From Oscillibacter sp. (lineage in GTDB: Bacteria; Bacillota; Clostridia; Oscillospirales; Oscillospiraceae): a stretch of DNA of 64,000 bases. Positions within the stretch are counted from its first letter, which is position 1; each line of letters begins with the position of its first letter. The notes beneath the pieces were generated by a model that did not search any database, was not told the origin of the DNA, and worked only from the letters and a program-made list of their open reading frames with translations. The translations under genes and the position numbers were made by a program. Below, piece by piece: positions 59,510 through 64,000 of this stretch. The stretch is from NCBI RefSeq assembly GCF_017937405.1, contig NZ_JAGBDS010000007.1; one strand, 5' to 3'.

Positions 59510-60366
59510 AGGATACCCTCCAATTCAGCGGCGAGAGCGCCCAGCACATGGCCGGGGCCGACGTTGTAGGCGCACTCTCCATGATACTTCTGTAATAGTT
59601 CTATTGTGGACATGATTTGGGATTTTGTCAAGTTTTTCGCAAGAAATGGCCCGATCTCCCGGTCCATTTCCCCTGGTTGGCGTCCGTAAAGGGACAAAAG
59701 AGCTGCCGCGAAGGACGCCCGGCTTCGCTCCAGCATGGCGGACAGTGCCTCCCGGTCCAGCTTTTTCTTCTCCAACCGCACCGCCAGCTCGGCCACGGCG
59801 CCCCGGCGGCGGCTGCCGATGGCCCGGCACAGTGCCTCCGCCGCCTCGGACGGCTCCCCGTCCTCCTCCGTTCCGGGGCGGAGCTTGACCTCCACACAGC
59901 GGGAGCGCAATGTCTGGAGCACCTGGCTGGGGTTTTCCGCGCAGAACAGGAACGCCGCGTAGGGCGGCCCCTCCTCCACGATTTTCAGCAGCACATTCTG
60001 GTCCTGCTCCGTCAGCAGGGCGCAGTCCGGGAAGAGGTACACCTTCCGCCGTCCCTCGTTGGGGCGGATGTAAGCGTCGGCCCGGATGGCACGCACCACG
60101 TCCACGGCGATATTCTTGTGGTCCGGGTCCCGGACGGTAATGACGTCGGGGTGGATGTCTCCCCCCACCTTCCGGCAGGCGGGGCAGATGCCGCAGGGCT
60201 GCCCCCGGTCCGCCGCGCACTCCATGGCCGCCGCCGCATAGCGGGCCAGCCCCACCCGGTCGCCGCTGCCGGTGAACAGCAGCGCGTGGGACAGCGTCCC
60301 CCGGCCCGCCGCCTCCCGGATGCGGAGCGCCCCGGGGTCTTTTTCCAATGTATCAAACAAGGCCAT
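59506..60366 (-). CDS. holB: DNA polymerase III delta' subunit
   Basis: SHALLF, CGICPAC, HPD, QNVLLKIVEEGP, TLRSRC; holB-yaaT synteny. Confidence 0.9.
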   Translation of the reverse strand: MALFDTLEKDPGALRIREAAGRGTLSHALLFTGSGDRVGLARYAAAAMECAADRGQPCGICPACRKVGGDIHPDVITVRDPDHKNIAVDVVRAIRADAYIRPNEGRRKVYLFPDCALLTEQDQNVLLKIVEEGPPYAAFLFCAENPSQVLQTLRSRCVEVKLRPGTEEDGEPSEAAEALCRAIGSRRRGAVAELAVRLEKKKLDREALSAMLERSRASFAAALLSLYGRQPGEMDREIGPFLAKNLTKSQIMSTIELLQKYHGECAYNVGPGHVLGALAAELEGIL

Positions 60367-60624
60367 GGTGGGGCCTCCTTCCAGCAGTCTTCTGTGATTT
60401 TACCACAGGTCCCTTAAAAAAGAAATATGGAAAATGATGTCTTCCCGAATATATTCTTTCGCATTTCTAACGGTTTCTTGACGGGGAACTGCCAGTCCCA
60501 CGCCTTTTTTCAGGCAACATTTTGCCCCGCGGCGGATATTCTGATACTGCCAGGATGCGGCGCGCTCCGGCGCGTCCGCTTTTCCGCCCCCGCTGAATCC
60601 ATCTGAAAAAGGAGTGCATGGTCC

Positions 60625-61968
60625 ATGGGTAAAAACGAGACTCTGGAAACACGCGACGGCTTCAACAGCAAGCTGGGCTTTGTCCTCGCCTGTATCGGCT
60701 CCGCCGTAGGCATGGGCAACATCTGGCTCTTCCCCTACCGCATGGCGACCTACGGCGGTTCCTTCCTGCTGGTCTATCTGGTTTTCGACATTCTCATCGG
60801 CCTTTCCGGGGTCATCGGGGAGATGAGCTTCGGCCGGGCAGCCCGTTCCGGCCCCATCGGTGCCTTCGGCACGGCTATGGCCTCCCGGGGCGAGCACAAG
60901 CGCCGCACAGGCGAGGTCATCGGCGCCATTCCCATGCTGGGCGCCCTGATGCTGGCCATCGGTTACTCCGTGGTGGTGGGCTGGATCTTCAAGTACACCT
61001 TCGGCAGCTTCACCGGCTCCGTGCTGGCTCCCGTGGAGCCCGGTGAATTCGGCGCGGCCTTCGGGCAGATGGCCTCCGCCTTCGGCAACAACCTGTGGCT
61101 CATCATCGCCCTGGCTGTCAACTTCGCCATCATGAACCTGGGCATCGCCGCCGGTATCGAAAAGGCCAACAAGGTGATGATCCCCCTGTTCTACATCATG
61201 TTCATCGGCCTTGCCATCTATGTGGCCTTCCAGCCCGGCGCGGGAGCAGGCTGCAAGTGGATGTTCACCATCCGCCCCGAAGCCTTCAAGGACCCCATGA
61301 TGTATGTCTACGCCCTGGGCCAGTCCTTCTTCTCCCTGTCCCTGGCGGGCAACGGCACCATCATCTACGGCTCCTACCTTTCTGACAAAGAGGACACCGT
61401 CAGCTCCGCCGTCACCGTGGCGGTGTTCGACACCTGCGCCGCCATGCTGGCCGCCCTGGTCATTATCCCCGCCATGGCGACTACCGGCGCCATTCTGTCC
61501 GAAAGCGGCCCGGGCCTCATGTTCATTTCCCTGCCCTACCTGTTCAAATCCATGCCCGGCGGTCAGATCGTGATGGTCGTGTTCTTTGTAGCGGTGCTGT
61601 TCGCGGGTCTGACTTCCCTTGTCAACCTGTTTGAGGCCCCCATCGCCGCCCTCCAGGACCACATGCACCTCAGCCGCCTGAAATCCGTCGCCATCGTGGG
61701 CGGTATTGGCGTGGTGGTCTCCGTCTGCATCCAGGGTATCGTCTCCCCCTGGATGGACTTCGTCTCCATCTACGTCTGTCCCCTGGGCGCCGCTTTGGCG
61801 GGCATCATGTTCGCCTGGGTCTGGGGCAAACAGGCGGTGGAAGACGCCGTCTCCGTGGGCCGGAAAAACCGCATCGGCGGGTGGTATTATCCCCTCTACA
61901 AATATCTCTTCTGCGTACTGACCGCCGCTGTGTTTATCCTGGGAGCCGTCAACGGCGGCATCGGTTGA
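60625..61968 (+). CDS. Sodium-dependent (NSS/SNF family) transporter
   Basis: GSAVGMGNIWLFP, GQSFFSLS, YGSY, GPGLMF. Confidence 0.95.
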   Translation: MGKNETLETRDGFNSKLGFVLACIGSAVGMGNIWLFPYRMATYGGSFLLVYLVFDILIGLSGVIGEMSFGRAARSGPIGAFGTAMASRGEHKRRTGEVIGAIPMLGALMLAIGYSVVVGWIFKYTFGSFTGSVLAPVEPGEFGAAFGQMASAFGNNLWLIIALAVNFAIMNLGIAAGIEKANKVMIPLFYIMFIGLAIYVAFQPGAGAGCKWMFTIRPEAFKDPMMYVYALGQSFFSLSLAGNGTIIYGSYLSDKEDTVSSAVTVAVFDTCAAMLAALVIIPAMATTGAILSESGPGLMFISLPYLFKSMPGGQIVMVVFFVAVLFAGLTSLVNLFEAPIAALQDHMHLSRLKSVAIVGGIGVVVSVCIQGIVSPWMDFVSIYVCPLGAALAGIMFAWVWGKQAVEDAVSVGRKNRIGGWYYPLYKYLFCVLTAAVFILGAVNGGIG

Positions 61969-62187
61969 GTCTTTCCAGCTCCTTACAGTTCAGCGGAGCC
62001 GGCCAGCAGGCCGGTTCCGCTTTCATTCTGCCCCCATTGTTCTCCGTCCGCGGACACTGTAAAAAAAGTCATTTGCCCCTTTCCTGTGCAAGCGTTTGCG
62101 TAAAAAATTGGGACTATTTTGTTGAAAATCGCAATAGTTTTGTGAAAATGCTCCATTTTTCAGAGACTTTATTATGGCATTTATGCA

Positions 62188-62216
62188 TTGTTTTCCAGAG
62201 GACGGCCTATTATAAT
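62188..62216 (+). promoter_or_regulatory. Sigma-A promoter of ppdK
   Basis: TTGTTT-17-TATAAT. Confidence 0.6.
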
Positions 62217-62305
62217 ATTAACGGTCTATTTTGAGCAAACGTTTAACCTGGATCGCGTTAGCTTTTCTGCCGTTTGGCAGCGACAAAAAATACGGAGGAA
62301 TGAAA

Positions 62306-64000
62306 ATGAGCAAAAAGTACTGCTACCTGTTCACCGAGGGCAACGCCAACATGCGTGAGCTTCTGGGCGGCAAGGGCGCCAACCTGGCCGAGATGACCAA
62401 CATCGGCCTGCCCGTGCCCCAGGGCTTCACCATCACCACCGAGGCCTGCACCCAGTATTATGAGGACGGCCAGAAGATCAACGACGAGATCGTGGCCGAG
62501 ATCATGGAGTACATCGAGAAGATGGAGGGCATCACCGGCAAGAAGTTCGGCGACGCCGAGAACCCCCTGCTGGTCTCCGTCCGTTCCGGCGCCCGGGCCT
62601 CCATGCCCGGCATGATGGACACCATCCTGAACCTGGGTCTGAACGAGACCGTGGTAGAGGTCCTGTCCAAGAAGTCCGGCAACCCCCGCTGGGCCTGGGA
62701 CTGCTATCGCCGCTTTATCCAGATGTACTCCGACGTCGTCATGGAAGTGGGCAAGAAGTACTTCGAGCAGCTCATCGACGAGATGAAGGAGAAGAAGGGC
62801 GTCACCCAGGACGTGGATCTGACCGCCGAGGACCTGAAGGAGCTGGCTGGCCAGTTCAAGGCCGAGTACAAGGCCAAGATCGGCACCGACTTCCCCTCTG
62901 ACCCCAAGGAGCAGCTGATGGGCGCCGTCAAGGCCGTGTTCCGCTCCTGGGACAACCCCCGCGCCAACGTCTATCGCCGCGACAACGACATCCCCTATTC
63001 CTGGGGCACCGCCGTCAACGTCCAGTCCATGGCCTTCGGCAACATGGGCGACGACTGCGGCACCGGCGTCGCTTTCACCCGTAACCCCGCCACCGGCGAG
63101 AAGAAGCTGTTCGGCGAGTTCCTGACCAACGCCCAGGGCGAGGACGTCGTGGCCGGCGTCCGTACTCCCATGCCCATCGCTGAGATGGCTGAGAAGTTCC
63201 CCGAGGCCTTCGCCCAGTTCGAGGGCGTCTGCAAGACCCTGGAGGATCACTATCACGACATGCAGGATATGGAGTTCACCGTCGAGCATGGCAAGCTCTA
63301 CATGCTGCAGACCCGTAACGGCAAGCGCACCCCCGCCGCCGCTCTGAAGATCGCCTGCGACCTGGTGGACGAGGGTCAGATCTCCGAGAAGCAGGCCGTG
63401 GCCATGATCGAGCCCCGCTCTCTGGACACCCTGCTGCATCCCCAGTTCGACGCCGTGGCTCTGAAGCAGGCCGCCGTCATCGGCAAGGCCCTGGGTGCTT
63501 CTCCGGGCGCCGCTTCCGGTAAGATCGTCTTCTCCGCCGAGGACGCCAAGGCTTGGGCTGAGCGCGGTGAGAAGGTGGTTCTGGTCCGTCTGGAGACCTC
63601 TCCCGAGGACATCGAAGGCATGAAGGCCGCGCAGGGCATCCTGACCGTCCGCGGCGGCATGACCTCTCACGCTGCCGTCGTGGCCCGCGGCATGGGCAAG
63701 TGCTGCGTCTCCGGCTGCGGCGACATCAAGATGGACGAGGAGAACAAGAAGTTCGAGCTGGCCGGCAAGACCTATGTTGAGGGTGACTGGATGAGCCTGG
63801 ACGGCTCCACCGGCAACATCTACGACGGCGCTATCCCCACCATGGACGCTGAGATCGCCGGCGAGTTCGGCCGCATCATGGGCTGGGCCGACAAGTACCG
63901 CCGCCTGCAGGTGCGCACCAACGCCGACACTCCCTACGATGCCGCCAAGGCCCGCTCTCTGGGCGCTCAGGGCATCGGCCTGTGCCGTACCGAGCACATG
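62306..64000 (+). CDS. ppdK: Pyruvate, phosphate dikinase (runs off the window end)
   Basis: MSKKYCYLF...LGGKGANLAEM, PVPQGF, SVRSGA, GGMTSHAAVVARG, GIGLCRTEHM; not in the ORF track because there is no stop in the window. Confidence 0.97.
   Translation, partial: MSKKYCYLFTEGNANMRELLGGKGANLAEMTNIGLPVPQGFTITTEACTQYYEDGQKINDEIVAEIMEYIEKMEGITGKKFGDAENPLLVSVRSGARASMPGMMDTILNLGLNETVVEVLSKKSGNPRWAWDCYRRFIQMYSDVVMEVGKKYFEQLIDEMKEKKGVTQDVDLTAEDLKELAGQFKAEYKAKIGTDFPSDPKEQLMGAVKAVFRSWDNPRANVYRRDNDIPYSWGTAVNVQSMAFGNMGDDCGTGVAFTRNPATGEKKLFGEFLTNAQGEDVVAGVRTPMPIAEMAEKFPEAFAQFEGVCKTLEDHYHDMQDMEFTVEHGKLYMLQTRNGKRTPAAALKIACDLVDEGQISEKQAVAMIEPRSLDTLLHPQFDAVALKQAAVIGKALGASPGAASGKIVFSAEDAKAWAERGEKVVLVRLETSPEDIEGMKAAQGILTVRGGMTSHAAVVARGMGKCCVSGCGDIKMDEENKKFELAGKTYVEGDWMSLDGSTGNIYDGAIPTMDAEIAGEFGRIMGWADKYRRLQVRTNADTPYDAAKARSLGAQGIGLCRTEHM

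Noticed and set aside
60470-60620. Possible riboswitch or T-box ahead of the NSS transporter
   Set aside because: GC-rich hairpins are present but I found no T-box or known aptamer consensus.
62258-63997. 579-aa minus-strand ORF
   Set aside because: Antisense shadow of ppdK.
1-64000. CRISPR array, reverse transcriptase/DGR/retron, rRNA
   Set aside because: No regularly spaced repeat-spacer array, no RT motif set and no rRNA-like sequence seen.

Overview
High-GC Firmicute chromosome segment; gene content and style suggest Oscillospiraceae (Oscillibacter/Dysosmobacter-like), which is an inference. Left ~24 kb is accessory DNA in two parts. (i) 1-8.9 kb: a decayed LytTR gene, a 1505-aa SLH-anchored repeat surface protein, two response regulators and a LytS-type kinase, ending at a tRNA-Val(CAC) 3' half (att-like) and bracketed by two copies of a hairpin-rich, TA-flanked MITE. 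(ii) 9.1-23.8 kb: a lower-GC, partly decayed integrative/mobilisable element with DUF932-YqaJ-RecT, a YeeP-like GTPase, MoxR-vWA, LPD28, a HepT/MntA toxin-antitoxin pair, an excisionase-like HTH, a mini-relaxase with oriT-like inverted repeat, an orphan gene and an in-frame SF2 helicase-tyrosine integrase fusion. The remaining ~40 kb is mostly housekeeping (GGGtGRT/NifU-like, hppA, mnmG, murT-gatD, nifJ, YifB/ComM, ECF sigma/anti-sigma, thiI, cinA, guaD, Ytr-type ABC, ricT, holB, NSS transporter, ppdK). Oddities in that part: a duplicated, apparently catalytically dead integrase-fold protein with two wHTH domains, a guanine riboswitch wired as an ON switch, a 27-aa sORF transcription unit, a ~590-bp foldback element, two small inserts flanked by duplicated hairpins, and a shared LacI-type motif upstream of the pyrophosphate-energetics genes. 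No CRISPR array, rRNA, intact tRNA or reverse transcriptase was seen. Family assignments come from motif recognition, not database searches.
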